64,000 nt of DNA from Sphingomonas sp. (lineage in GTDB: Bacteria > Pseudomonadota > Alphaproteobacteria > Sphingomonadales > Sphingomonadaceae): the NCBI RefSeq assembly GCF_040398505.1, contig NZ_JBBATX010000001.1, forward strand, positions 14,363-78,362, written 5' to 3'. Below, piece by piece: positions 29,390-38,511 of the stretch. The translations under genes were made by a program, and so were the position numbers. The notes under the pieces were generated by a model. The model was not told the origin of the DNA. It did no database searches and saw only the letters and a program-made list of their open reading frames with translations. The stretch's first letter is position 1. The number at the start of each line of letters is the position of its first letter.

Positions 29390-29682
29390 GATTGCTGACC
29401 GGGAATGATTTGCCGAGCGGCGATGTGATCTGGTGGACCGGGCAGGCCTGGTCGCGTCACGTCGAGGAGGCGAGCGATGTCGGTGATCAGGGTGAGAGCA
29501 TCGCCCGCGCCGAGGAAGGCGCGCGCCGCGTCAACGGCGCGTACGTGATCGATGCGACCGCCACCCCCGAAGGCCCCCGCCCCGCCCACATCAAAGACCG
29601 CGTCCGCGCGCTCGGCCCGACGGTCCGCCCCGATCTGACGCTCAAGCCTGCCGATCCGATGGCGGGGAGCTGGGTGATATGA
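29386..29682 (+). CDS. DUF2849 family protein
   Basis: GTGA overlap; LLTGNDLPSGDVIWW, HIKDRVRALGPTV; usual position upstream of cysI. Confidence 0.88.
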   Translation: MRLLTGNDLPSGDVIWWTGQAWSRHVEEASDVGDQGESIARAEEGARRVNGAYVIDATATPEGPRPAHIKDRVRALGPTVRPDLTLKPADPMAGSWVI

Positions 29683-29685
29683 TGT

Positions 29686-29914
29686 TTCACGCGGAGACGC
29701 GGAGACGCGGAGATGTTTCGCTTGCCGCGCAGCGGGCCTCGAACATTCGGGCAGCAGGAGTGATGGTTTGCGCTGACGCGCATCCTCACCACCCGCACAA
29801 CCTCTCCGCGTCTCCGCGTCTCCGCGCGAATCAAACTTCTTCTTCCCTCGTGCCTCCGCGCCTCTGCGCGAACAAACCTTCCTCTTCCTCCGCGTCTCCG
29901 CGTCTCCGCGAGAA
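29686..29914. repeat. Family D repeat: tandem CGCGGAGA octamers, one forward block and three inverted blocks
   Basis: ttcacgcggagacgcggagacgcggag followed by ctccgcgtctccgcgtctccgcgcgaa, ctcgtgcctccgcgcctctgcgcgaa and ctccgcgtctccgcgtctccgcgagaa. Confidence 0.9.
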
Positions 29915-29919
29915 TCACA

Positions 29920-31551
29920 ATGTATAAATATGACCAATATGACCAACAGATCGTCGACGCCCGCGTCGAGGAGTTTCGCGATCAGGTAAAGCGCCGCTTG
30001 GCGGGCCAAATCACCGAGGATCAGTTCAAGCCGCTGCGGCTGATGAACGGTCTGTACCTGCAACTCCACGCGTACATGCTGCGCGTCGCCGTCCCGTACG
30101 GCACGCTCGACAGCCGTCAGATGCGGATGCTCGCGCACATCGCCCGCAAATATGACCGCGGCTATGGCCATTTCACCACGCGGCAGAACATCCAGTATAA
30201 TTGGATCAAGCTCGACCAGGCCCCCGACATCCTCGCCGAACTGGCAACGGTCGAGATGCATGCGATCCAGACCTCGGGCAATTGCATCCGCAATATCTCG
30301 TCGGATCAATATGCCGGGGCCGCCGCCGACGAAGTCGCCGATCCGCGCATCTGGGCCGAATTGCTGCGCCAGTGGAGCACCTTCCACCCCGAATTCAGCT
30401 ATCTGCCGCGCAAGTTCAAGATCGCGGTAATCGCCGCGGAGGAAGACCGCGCGGCGATGCGGCTGCACGATATCGGCATCCAGCTGCTGACGCGTGACGG
30501 CGTGCTCGGCGGCAAGATTTTCGTCGGCGGCGGCATGGGCCGCACGCCGATGATCAGCCACGAGATCCGCGACTTCGTCACCGCCGCCGATTTGCTCAGC
30601 TATGTCGAGGCGTGCCTGCGCGTCTATAATCGCTACGGTCGGCGCGATAATATCTACAAGGCGCGGATCAAGATCCTGCTCCACGAAATCGGCCCCGACG
30701 AGTATCGCCGTCAGGTCGAGGAGGAATTCGTGAGCGTCAAGGCGCTCGGTCTCGATCCGCCCAAGGCCGAATTCGACCGCATCACCGCGATGTTCGCCCC
30801 GCCCGCGTTCCGGACCGACGCTGTCGCTCCGCTCGACCGCCGCGACCCGGATTTCGCGGTGTGGATCGATCAGAACACCGCCGCGCACAAACAGCCCGGC
30901 TACACGATCGTCACGGTCAGCCTGAAGCCCGCCGGTGGCATTCCGGGCGATGCCAGCGCGGAGCAGATCGACGTGCTCGCCGATTTGGCCGCGCGCTACA
31001 GCTTTGACGAGCTGCGCGTCACGCATGCGCAGAACATCGTGCTGCCGCATGTGCATCAGGCTGACCTCTACGCTCTTTGGCAGGCGCTCGACGCGGCCGG
31101 CCTCGCGCCGGCCAACCTCGATTTGATCAGCGACATCATCGCCTGCCCTGGCCTCGATTATTGCAGCCTCGCCAATGCCCGCTCGATCCCGGTCGCGCAG
31201 AAGATCGCCGAACGCTTCGCTGACCCGGAACGGCAGCGCGACCTTGGCGAATTGAAGCTCAAGATCAGCGGCTGCATCAATGCCTGCGGGCATCACCATG
31301 CCGGCCACATCGGTATCCTCGGCGTCGACAAGAAGGGCACCGAGAATTACCAGCTCTCGCTCGGCGGATCGGGCGCGGAGGATGTGAGTCTGGCCAAGAT
31401 CACCGGCCCCGGCTTTGACGAGGACGGCATTGTCGATGCGGTCGAGACGGTGACCAACGTCTATCTCGAGCGTCGCGAGGATGGCGAACGCTTCCTCGAC
31501 ACCTATCGCCGCGTCGGCATGGAACCGTTCAAGGAGGCGCTTTATGGGTGA
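29920..31551 (+). CDS. cysI: Sulfite reductase hemoprotein
   Basis: RLMNGLYLQLHAYMLR, HFTTRQN, LPRKFKI, CPGLDYCSLA, KISGCINACGHHH. Confidence 0.95.
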   Translation: MYKYDQYDQQIVDARVEEFRDQVKRRLAGQITEDQFKPLRLMNGLYLQLHAYMLRVAVPYGTLDSRQMRMLAHIARKYDRGYGHFTTRQNIQYNWIKLDQAPDILAELATVEMHAIQTSGNCIRNISSDQYAGAAADEVADPRIWAELLRQWSTFHPEFSYLPRKFKIAVIAAEEDRAAMRLHDIGIQLLTRDGVLGGKIFVGGGMGRTPMISHEIRDFVTAADLLSYVEACLRVYNRYGRRDNIYKARIKILLHEIGPDEYRRQVEEEFVSVKALGLDPPKAEFDRITAMFAPPAFRTDAVAPLDRRDPDFAVWIDQNTAAHKQPGYTIVTVSLKPAGGIPGDASAEQIDVLADLAARYSFDELRVTHAQNIVLPHVHQADLYALWQALDAAGLAPANLDLISDIIACPGLDYCSLANARSIPVAQKIAERFADPERQRDLGELKLKISGCINACGHHHAGHIGILGVDKKGTENYQLSLGGSGAEDVSLAKITGPGFDEDGIVDAVETVTNVYLERREDGERFLDTYRRVGMEPFKEALYG

Positions 31552-31951
31552 CGTGCAGCACGACGAACCCGCGGTCACGCTCGACGCGTTCCTCGATACC
31601 CAGACCAACGCCACCGCCGTCCGCCTCGAAGCGGGCGACGACGCGCGCGCGCTGCTGCCCTATCTCGATCGCATCGCCTTGGTCGAAGTAAGCTTCCCCA
31701 GTTTCCGCGACGGGCGCGGCTATTCCGCCGCGCGCATCCTGCGCGAAGCCGGCTATGGTGGTGAACTCCGCGCGCAGGGCGACGTGCTGGTCGATCAGAT
31801 GCCGTTGATGAAACGCTGTGGCTTCGACAGTTTCGCCCCCGAAAGCGAAATCGATCCGGCCACGCTCGAGGCCTCGCTCACGCGGTACGACAATGTCTAT
31901 CAAAAGGCCGCCGACGGGGGCGTGCCGATTTGGAAGTTGCGGCATGGCTAA
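31544..31951 (+). CDS. DUF934 family protein
   Basis: FPSFRDGRGYSAARILRE.GY.GELRAQGDVLVDQ..MKRCGFD. Confidence 0.92.
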   Translation: MGDVQHDEPAVTLDAFLDTQTNATAVRLEAGDDARALLPYLDRIALVEVSFPSFRDGRGYSAARILREAGYGGELRAQGDVLVDQMPLMKRCGFDSFAPESEIDPATLEASLTRYDNVYQKAADGGVPIWKLRHG

Positions 31952-32699
31952 TGCAGCACGCAAGCTCGACCTGATCGACGTCGCCCCCTTCTCGCCCGCC
32001 GATGCGGCGGCGATGGAGGCACGCTATGCCGGTGTCGGCACACGCGACATGCTCGGCGATCTGCTGACCGGCGAGCTCAAGGGTCGGGTGGCGGCGGTGT
32101 CGTCGTTCGGCGCGGAAAGTGCGGTACTGCTGCACCTGATCGCGCAGATCGATCGCGACATTCCCGTGATCTTCCTCAACACGCAGAAGATTTTCGGCGA
32201 GACGCTGCAATATCGTGACGCGCTTTCGGAAACGCTCGGCTTTACCGATTTGCGCGTGTTCCGCCCCGATCCGCGCTTGCTCGCGGCGAAGGATGCGACC
32301 GGCCTGCGCTGGAATTATGACCCCGACGGCTGTTGCGACTTGCGCAAGGTCGAGCCGCTGCGCCGTGCGCTCGCGCCGTTCGATGCATGGCTGTCGGGCC
32401 GCAAGGGCTTCCAGGCCGGGACGCGCGACGCGTTGCCTCGCTTCGAAGAGGATGAGGGTCGGCTCAAGCTCAACCCGCTGGCGGATTGGGACAAGCCCGC
32501 GCTCGATGCCTATTTCGCCGAACATCAATTGCCACGCCATCCGCTTGAGGCGGAGGGCTATGCGTCGATCGGCTGCGCGCCGTGCACCTCGAAAGTGCTC
32601 CCCGGCGAAGACCCCCGCGCCGGACGCTGGCGCGGGTGGGAAAAGGTCGAATGCGGCATTCACGTGCCAGAGAAACCGGGGGAAGAGCCGGTTTTTTAG
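31944..32699 (+). CDS. cysH: APS/PAPS reductase
   Basis: SSFGAES, CCDLRKVEPL, YASIGCAPCT, RAGRW, ECGIH. The CC and CxxC motifs suggest the Fe-S APS reductase type. Confidence 0.95.
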   Translation: MANAARKLDLIDVAPFSPADAAAMEARYAGVGTRDMLGDLLTGELKGRVAAVSSFGAESAVLLHLIAQIDRDIPVIFLNTQKIFGETLQYRDALSETLGFTDLRVFRPDPRLLAAKDATGLRWNYDPDGCCDLRKVEPLRRALAPFDAWLSGRKGFQAGTRDALPRFEEDEGRLKLNPLADWDKPALDAYFAEHQLPRHPLEAEGYASIGCAPCTSKVLPGEDPRAGRWRGWEKVECGIHVPEKPGEEPVF

Positions 32700-32715
32700 C
32701 GCTTCCCTTCCCCGC

Positions 32716-32745
32716 ACGCTTCCCCGGCCTCCGCCGGGGAAGCGT
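32716..32745. terminator. GC-rich hairpin between convergent genes (collapsed family B repeat)
   Basis: acgcttccccggc-ctcc-gccggggaagcgt, perfect 13-bp stem. Confidence 0.7.
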
Positions 32746-32766
32746 CATCGGGGTAACGTCAACCGC

Positions 32767-33627
32767 TCACGCCGCCAGCGCCGCACGCGGCAACACCGCG
32801 GCCGCATAGTCGCTCTCGGCCAGCGCGATCAGCTTGCGATCGTCATGGTTCCACGGATGGAAGCCGGGTAGAAAAAACGAAATCCACGCGCCGAGAATCT
32901 TCCGCGCCATGCCGGGCCGCCCGAGCGCGTACCACAGGATGCCGAAATGCGCCTTCGCACCGGTGATGCCATCCTGCCGGAGCAGTTCGAGCATCCCCTT
33001 ATAGCGACCAGCGAAGAATTTGATCGTCGTGCCGACCATCACCAGCGCCTTGATCTTCCACCGATTCCAGCGCGTCCAATCGCGCGTCGCGTGCAGCCAC
33101 GTGTCGTACGCGACGCCCTTATGTTCGATTTCCTCAGCGGCATGCCAACGCCACAGTGCCGCTGCCTGCTCGTCCCCGCCCGCCAGATGGCGCGGGTTGG
33201 CGATCAGCTGATGCGCGATGATCGCGGTGAAATGTTCGAGCGCCATCGTCGCGGCCAGGCTCGCGATCGGCGGGCGTCCCTTGGTCAGCGCAAGCGCTTC
33301 GTCGATATGCTGCTCGAGCCGCGACACGTCATAGCCCTGATCGGTGACGTGGCGGTTGAACGCAACGTGTTCGCGCGTGTGGATCACTTCCTGCTTGATG
33401 AACGCCTGAATCTCGCCGTGCAGCCGCGGCGCCGTGCCCTCGCGAAACGTGCGCACGCTATCGACAAAGAAGCCCTCGCCCTTGGGAAAGGTCACCGACA
33501 ATGCATTATAGAACGCGGTCGCGAACGGATCGTTGTTGAGCCAGCAACGGCGCATCTTCGTGCCGCGCCCGAAGCGCAAGTCACGCGGGACGATCGTCAA
33601 ATCGGCGGGAGTGGTTGCTTTCGCCAT
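32767..33627 (-). CDS. Predicted metal-dependent hydrolase
   Basis: NALSVTFPKGE.FF, QEVIHTREH, LEHFTA, WHAAEEIEHK.VAYD, PGFHPW. Confidence 0.88.
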   Translation of the reverse strand: MAKATTPADLTIVPRDLRFGRGTKMRRCWLNNDPFATAFYNALSVTFPKGEGFFVDSVRTFREGTAPRLHGEIQAFIKQEVIHTREHVAFNRHVTDQGYDVSRLEQHIDEALALTKGRPPIASLAATMALEHFTAIIAHQLIANPRHLAGGDEQAAALWRWHAAEEIEHKGVAYDTWLHATRDWTRWNRWKIKALVMVGTTIKFFAGRYKGMLELLRQDGITGAKAHFGILWYALGRPGMARKILGAWISFFLPGFHPWNHDDRKLIALAESDYAAAVLPRAALAA

Positions 33628-33670
33628 GAAAACCTCCGAACAGCAAGAAACACAGGTTAGAATTATGCGT

Positions 33671-33690
33671 TACTTACATCAATGTCAATA
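33671..33690. promoter_or_regulatory. Imperfect palindrome, likely TetR operator overlapping divergent promoters
   Basis: TACTTACATCAATGTCAATA (ACAT-N2-ATGT core) covers the tetR ATG and a minus-strand TTGACA. Confidence 0.55.
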
Positions 33691-34263
33691 GTCCGCAAAC
33701 GGCTCAGCCCGGAAGAATCCCGCGATGCCGCGATCGAAGCGGCACGGGCCTTGCTGGTCGAGCTCGGCCCACAGGCCGTTACGCTCAAGGCCGTCGCGGC
33801 GCGGATCGGGCGGACGCATGCCAATTTGCTCCACCATTTCGGCTCGGCAGCGGATCTGCAAAAGGCGCTGATCACGCACCTCGCCGACACGATTACCGAA
33901 GAGATCGGCGCCGCAGCAAAGCGCGCACGCCTCGGCGACGCCGATCCGCGCGAAGTGGTTGATCTGACCTTCGATGCCTTCGTCAATGGTGCCGGCGCGA
34001 TGGCGGCGTGGATGATCCTGTCGGGTAATCATGACGCGCTCGATCCCGTGCTCAGCGCGATCCACCGGCTGGTCGATGATCTTGCCGAGGATGCGGAAGC
34101 GGGCAAGCACATCCACGAAGACACGTTGCAACTGGTGCTGATGGCGATGGGCGACGCCTTGCTCGGCGGCGCGATGGCCAAGGGGCTGGGCTTGCCGCCG
34201 GAAGCCGCGCGGACGATTGCGACTCGGGCGCTGATGGCGTCGCGGGCGATCCTGCCGGCGTGA
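33682..34263 (+). CDS. TetR/AcrR family regulator
   Basis: AIEAARALL..GPQAVTLKAVAARIGRTHANLLHHFGS helix-turn-helix; divergent from the hydrolase. Confidence 0.92.
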   Translation: MSIVRKRLSPEESRDAAIEAARALLVELGPQAVTLKAVAARIGRTHANLLHHFGSAADLQKALITHLADTITEEIGAAAKRARLGDADPREVVDLTFDAFVNGAGAMAAWMILSGNHDALDPVLSAIHRLVDDLAEDAEAGKHIHEDTLQLVLMAMGDALLGGAMAKGLGLPPEAARTIATRALMASRAILPA

Positions 34264-34370
34264 GGAAAAGCGCCGTGGCAAAGCCACGTCGTCGGTCCTT
34301 GCTGCAGCAAGGCCGGCCGGGCGCGATGCCGGTGTGGCTTTAGCTGCGCTAAAGCGCTAGGCATCGCGCC

Positions 34371-35414
34371 ATGCATTTCCTCGACCAAGCAAAGATCTTC
34401 GTCCGATCGGGCGCAGGCGGCCCCGGTGCCGTCAGCTTTCGGCGCGAAAAGTTCATCGAATATGGCGGCCCCGACGGTGGCAATGGCGGCAAGGGTGGCG
34501 ACATCATCTTCGAAGCCGTGCCCGGCCTCAACACGCTGATCGACTTTCGCTACACCCAGCATTTCCGCGCGCCGCGCGGCCATGGCGGGTCGGGCTCGAA
34601 CCGCACTGGCGCGGGCGGCGACGATCTGCTGATCCGCGTGCCGATCGGTACGCAAGTGCTGAGCGAGGACAAGGAAGAAGTCCTCGCCGATTTCACCGTT
34701 CCGGGTGAGCGCGTCGTGTTCCTGCGCGGCGGCGATGGCGGGCGCGGCAACGCGACCTACAAAACCTCGACCAATCGCGCGCCGCGCCAACACGGTACCG
34801 GCTGGCCGTATCAGGAAATGTGGGTGTGGCTCCGCTTGAAGCTGCTCGCCGATGCCGGGCTGGTCGGCTTACCCAATGCCGGCAAATCGACCTTCATCAA
34901 CGCCGTGACCAATGCGCAGGCCAAGGTCGGCGCTTATCCCTTCACCACCGTGCGCCCGCAATTGGGCGTCGTCAGCCGCCACAATCGCGAATTCGTCGTG
35001 GCCGATATTCCGGGCCTGATCGAAGGTGCCGCCGATGGCGCGGGGATCGGCGATCGCTTCCTCGGCCATATCGAACGCTGCAAGGTGCTGCTCCACCTGG
35101 TCGATGCGACCGAGGAGGATCCTGTGGGTAACTACCGGATCGTGCGTGGAGAACTCGATGCCTATGGCGGCGGGCTTGTGGATAAGCCGCAAGTGATCGG
35201 CCTCAACAAGATCGACGCGCTCGATCCTGCCGACGTGAAGAAGCTCGTCACCAAGCTCAAGCGCGCGAGCAAGTCCGAGGTCATGCCGCTCTCGGGCGCT
35301 GGCGGCACGGGAATCGAGGCGGTGCTCGACCGGCTGATCGAAGCGATCGGCCCGGCCGAGGGCGCCCCCGCACGCGACGACGATACGCCACCGGGGGAAT
35401 GGTCGCCGGTTTGA
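34371..35414 (+). CDS. obgE: GTPase ObgE/CgtA
   Basis: FRREKFIEYGGPDGGNGGKGG, GLPNAGKST, YPFTT, DIPG, NKID. Confidence 0.98.
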   Translation: MHFLDQAKIFVRSGAGGPGAVSFRREKFIEYGGPDGGNGGKGGDIIFEAVPGLNTLIDFRYTQHFRAPRGHGGSGSNRTGAGGDDLLIRVPIGTQVLSEDKEEVLADFTVPGERVVFLRGGDGGRGNATYKTSTNRAPRQHGTGWPYQEMWVWLRLKLLADAGLVGLPNAGKSTFINAVTNAQAKVGAYPFTTVRPQLGVVSRHNREFVVADIPGLIEGAADGAGIGDRFLGHIERCKVLLHLVDATEEDPVGNYRIVRGELDAYGGGLVDKPQVIGLNKIDALDPADVKKLVTKLKRASKSEVMPLSGAGGTGIEAVLDRLIEAIGPAEGAPARDDDTPPGEWSPV

Positions 35415-35444
35415 AGCGCCAGCCCGATATGGTATAAAACCGCC

Positions 35445-35996
35445 ATGGCGACTCAGATTGTCTATCCCCTGCTGACCGCCGAGGAATTCCTCGAAATCGA
35501 TTTCGGCGATCGCAAGGCCGAACTCGACAACGGCGTGATTCGCATGATGGCGGGCGGAACGGCGCGGCATGCCGAGGTGCAGATCAACATTGTGTCGTGG
35601 CTGCGGCAACATCTTCGGGGTAGCGGATGCCGACCCTATGGCTCGGACATGGCGACACGGACGCATGATCTTTCGATCCGCTATCCCGATGTATCGGTGT
35701 TCTGCGGCCAGGACCGGGACGAACAGGCCACCTCATTCAGCGACCCAAAAGTTCTCATCGAAATCCTGTCCGCCGGAACTGCGCGTACCGACCTGCGGAT
35801 CAAATTCGACGAATATAAAGCGATCGACAGCGTCGATACGATCGTGTTCGTGGACATCGCGATTGAGCGTCTGCGCATCGTGCAACGCACCGCCGCGCAC
35901 GGGTGGAGCGATGTGTCGCATGACGACGCGGTTGATTCGCCCCTGCCCGCGCTAAACCTCACCATCCCCCACGCCGAGATTTTCGCGCGCGACTAA
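35445..35996 (+). CDS. Uma2 family endonuclease
   Basis: ELDNGVIRMMAGG..H, RYPDVSV.C, P.VLIEILS..T..D..K..Y. Confidence 0.9.
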   Translation: MATQIVYPLLTAEEFLEIDFGDRKAELDNGVIRMMAGGTARHAEVQINIVSWLRQHLRGSGCRPYGSDMATRTHDLSIRYPDVSVFCGQDRDEQATSFSDPKVLIEILSAGTARTDLRIKFDEYKAIDSVDTIVFVDIAIERLRIVQRTAAHGWSDVSHDDAVDSPLPALNLTIPHAEIFARD

Positions 35997-36039
35997 CGGT
36001 CATTGGCGCAAGCCCCGTCACACGCTAACGCGGGGCGTA

Positions 36040-37158
36040 ATGTCCGTCTTCGCCCCCGCCGCCTGCGCGCGCCTGATCGTCAAGGTCGGCTCGTCGCTGC
36101 TCGTCGCCGCCGATGGCACCGTGCGGCGCGCGTGGTTGAGCAGCCTAGTTGCCGACATCGCGACACGCGTCCGCGCCGGCCAGGAGATCGCCGTGGTCTC
36201 CTCGGGCGCAATCGCGCTTGGCGCACGTCGCCTGAAGCTCCCCAAGGGCGGGCGCGCCAGCCTTGAGGATGCACAAGCCGCCGCCGCCACCGGGCAAATC
36301 GCGCTGTCGCAAATCTGGGCCGAATTGCTTGAGGCCGAGGGCCTGACCGCGGCGCAGATGCTGGTGACGCTCGACGATCTCGAGGACCGCCGCCGCTATC
36401 TCAACGCCTCGGCGACGCTCGGGCGGCTGCTGTCGCTCGGCGTGGTGCCGGTGATCAACGAGAATGACAGCGTTGCGACCGAAGAGATTCGCTTCGGCGA
36501 CAATGACCGGCTCGCCGCGCGCATCGCGCAAGCGGCGGGCGCGCACGGCGTGATCCTGCTGTCCGATGTCGCTGGCCTGTACGACGCCAACCCCAATACC
36601 AACACGGGCGCGACTCTGATCGACCGCGTCGAGCGGATCGATGCCGCGATCGAGGCAATGGCCGATGGCGGATCGGCGTCGGGCATGGGATCGGGCGGGA
36701 TGGTGTCGAAAATCGCCGCCGCGCGGATCGCGACTGCGGCTGGCGCGCATCTGGCGATCGTATCGGGGCATGTCGAACATCCGCTTGCCGCCTATGATGC
36801 GAGCGGGTGTGGCACGGTCTTTGTCGCCGAACGTACCGCCCCCGCGCGCAAGGCGTGGCTGGCGGGCGGGCTGACTGCGAAGGGCGAGATCGTCATCGAT
36901 GCAGGTGCCGCCACGGCCTTGTCGAGCGGCAAGAGCTTGCTCGCAGCGGGCGCGACGCGCGTGGCGGGTACCTTCGTGCGCGGCGATCTGGTCGCGATCA
37001 TCGGGCCGGACGGGCGGACGCTCGCCCGGGGCCTCAGCGAATATGACGCCGCCGAAGCCGCCGCCTTGACCGGCAAGCGTAGCGACGCGCAAGCCGAAAT
37101 CCTCGGCTATGCGCCGCGGTCCGCGCTCGTTCACCGCAACCACATGGCGCTGGTGTGA
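36040..37158 (+). CDS. proB: Glutamate 5-kinase
   Basis: VKVGSS, VSSGAI, VINENDSV, FGDNDRL, GSGGM..K, C-terminal PUA domain ending VHRN. Confidence 0.97.
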   Translation: MSVFAPAACARLIVKVGSSLLVAADGTVRRAWLSSLVADIATRVRAGQEIAVVSSGAIALGARRLKLPKGGRASLEDAQAAAATGQIALSQIWAELLEAEGLTAAQMLVTLDDLEDRRRYLNASATLGRLLSLGVVPVINENDSVATEEIRFGDNDRLAARIAQAAGAHGVILLSDVAGLYDANPNTNTGATLIDRVERIDAAIEAMADGGSASGMGSGGMVSKIAAARIATAAGAHLAIVSGHVEHPLAAYDASGCGTVFVAERTAPARKAWLAGGLTAKGEIVIDAGAATALSSGKSLLAAGATRVAGTFVRGDLVAIIGPDGRTLARGLSEYDAAEAAALTGKRSDAQAEILGYAPRSALVHRNHMALV

Positions 37159-37177
37159 TGGCAGCATTCTCTGAATT

Positions 37178-37296
37178 TCCCTCTCCCTATGGGAGAGGGA
37201 GGGAGCCGCAAAGCGGCGGAAGGGTGAGGGTGACGCCCGCCTCACCCTCACCCCTCGCCGCCTTCGCGGCTCGACCCTCTCCCAAAGGGAGAGGGT
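37178..37296. repeat. Family C repeat (CCCTCTCCC..GGGAGAGGG multi-hairpin element)
   Basis: ccctctccctatgggagaggg..agccgcaaagcggcggaagggtgaggg..ccctcacccctcgccgccttcgcggct..ccctctcccaaagggagaggg. Confidence 0.9.
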
Positions 37297-37298
37297 AA

Positions 37299-38204
37299 GT
37301 GACCATCCTCGCCATCACCGGCGGCACCGGCTTTGTGGGATCGCGCACGATCGACCTCGCGCTCGCCGCAGGCCACACCGTCCGCGCGCTCACCCGCCGC
37401 CCACAGCCGGAGCGCGACGGCGTCAGCTGGATCGAAGGCGCACTCGACACGCCCGAACCGCTCGACCGGCTGGTCAAGGGTGCCGACGCCGTCCTGCACA
37501 TTGCGGGCGTGGTCAACGCGCCCGATCGCGCCGGCTTTGCCGCCGGAAACATTGCAGGCACGCAATCGGTGCTCGATGCGACACAGCGCGCGGGCGTGCG
37601 CCGCTTCGTCCACGTCTCCTCGCTCGCCGCGCGCGAGCCGCACCTTTCGATCTATGGCTGGTCGAAGATCGAATCCGAAACGGTGGTCGCCGCCTCCGGG
37701 CTCGACTGGACGATCGTCCGCCCGCCCGGAATCTACGGCCCCGGCGACATGGAGATGCGCGACCTGTTCCGCATGGCGAAATCGGGCATTGCCGCGCTGC
37801 CCCCCGGCGGCCGGGTATCGGTGATCCATGTCGATGACATCGCAAGCTTATTGCTGACGCTCGCCACCGCCGACATGCCCGCGTCGATCCTCGAGCCCGA
37901 TGACGGACGACCTGGCGGATGGAGCCACGCCGAGCTGATCCGCGCGATTGGCGTCGCGGTCGGGCGCAACGTGCTACCGATCGCCTTGCCCAAGGCACTG
38001 CTGACGCTGATCGCGCACGCCGACAAAACGTTTCGCGGCACGGGCGCGAAGCTCACACCAGACCGCGTCGGCTATCTCTGCCACCCCGATTGGACGATCG
38101 ATCCCGCCAAGCGCCCGCCGTCGCAGCTCTGGCAGCCCGCCATCGCCACGCCGCAGGGCCTCGCAACAACCGCCGCATGGTATCGTGCAAACGGCTTGTT
38201 ATAG
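37299..38204 (+). CDS. cerR: NAD-dependent epimerase/dehydratase-family SDR, probable ceramide reductase
   Basis: TGGTGFVG, SSLAAREP, YGWSK, RPPGIYGPGD. Function inferred from adjacency to acp-spt. Confidence 0.8.
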   Translation: MTILAITGGTGFVGSRTIDLALAAGHTVRALTRRPQPERDGVSWIEGALDTPEPLDRLVKGADAVLHIAGVVNAPDRAGFAAGNIAGTQSVLDATQRAGVRRFVHVSSLAAREPHLSIYGWSKIESETVVAASGLDWTIVRPPGIYGPGDMEMRDLFRMAKSGIAALPPGGRVSVIHVDDIASLLLTLATADMPASILEPDDGRPGGWSHAELIRAIGVAVGRNVLPIALPKALLTLIAHADKTFRGTGAKLTPDRVGYLCHPDWTIDPAKRPPSQLWQPAIATPQGLATTAAWYRANGLL

Positions 38205-38264
38205 GCTTGCTATAAAGCCGCCGCATTTGTCCGGCAAAGCGTCACGACCCTTTAAGGACCGAGC

Positions 38265-38507
38265 ATGACCGACCGCCAACACATTTACGACACCGTCACC
38301 GCCCAGATCGAGCCGTTCAACAAGAAAGGCGTGCCGCTGAGCGATGCCACGACCTTCCAGGGCGACCTCGAATGGGACAGCCTGACCGTGATGGATTTCG
38401 TCGCCGCGATCGAGGACGAATTCGAAATCATCATCACGATGAACATGCAGGCCGAAATCGAAACCGTCGGCCAATTGGTCGATGCGGTCGAAAAGTTGAA
38501 GGGTTGA
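38265..38507 (+). CDS. Acyl carrier protein dedicated to sphingolipid synthesis
   Basis: DLEWDSLTVMDFVAAIEDEF with the DSL phosphopantetheine Ser; immediately upstream of spt. Confidence 0.93.
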   Translation: MTDRQHIYDTVTAQIEPFNKKGVPLSDATTFQGDLEWDSLTVMDFVAAIEDEFEIIITMNMQAEIETVGQLVDAVEKLKG

Positions 38508-38511
38508 TCCG

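Noticed and set aside
29686-29914. Possible CRISPR array
   Set aside because: Units are tandem octamers in mixed orientation with irregular spacing; no cas genes in the window.
29125-31614. 829-aa minus-strand ORF with RGDAETRR repeats
   Set aside because: Antisense to cysI; the peptide repeats are just the translated CGCGGAGA DNA repeat.
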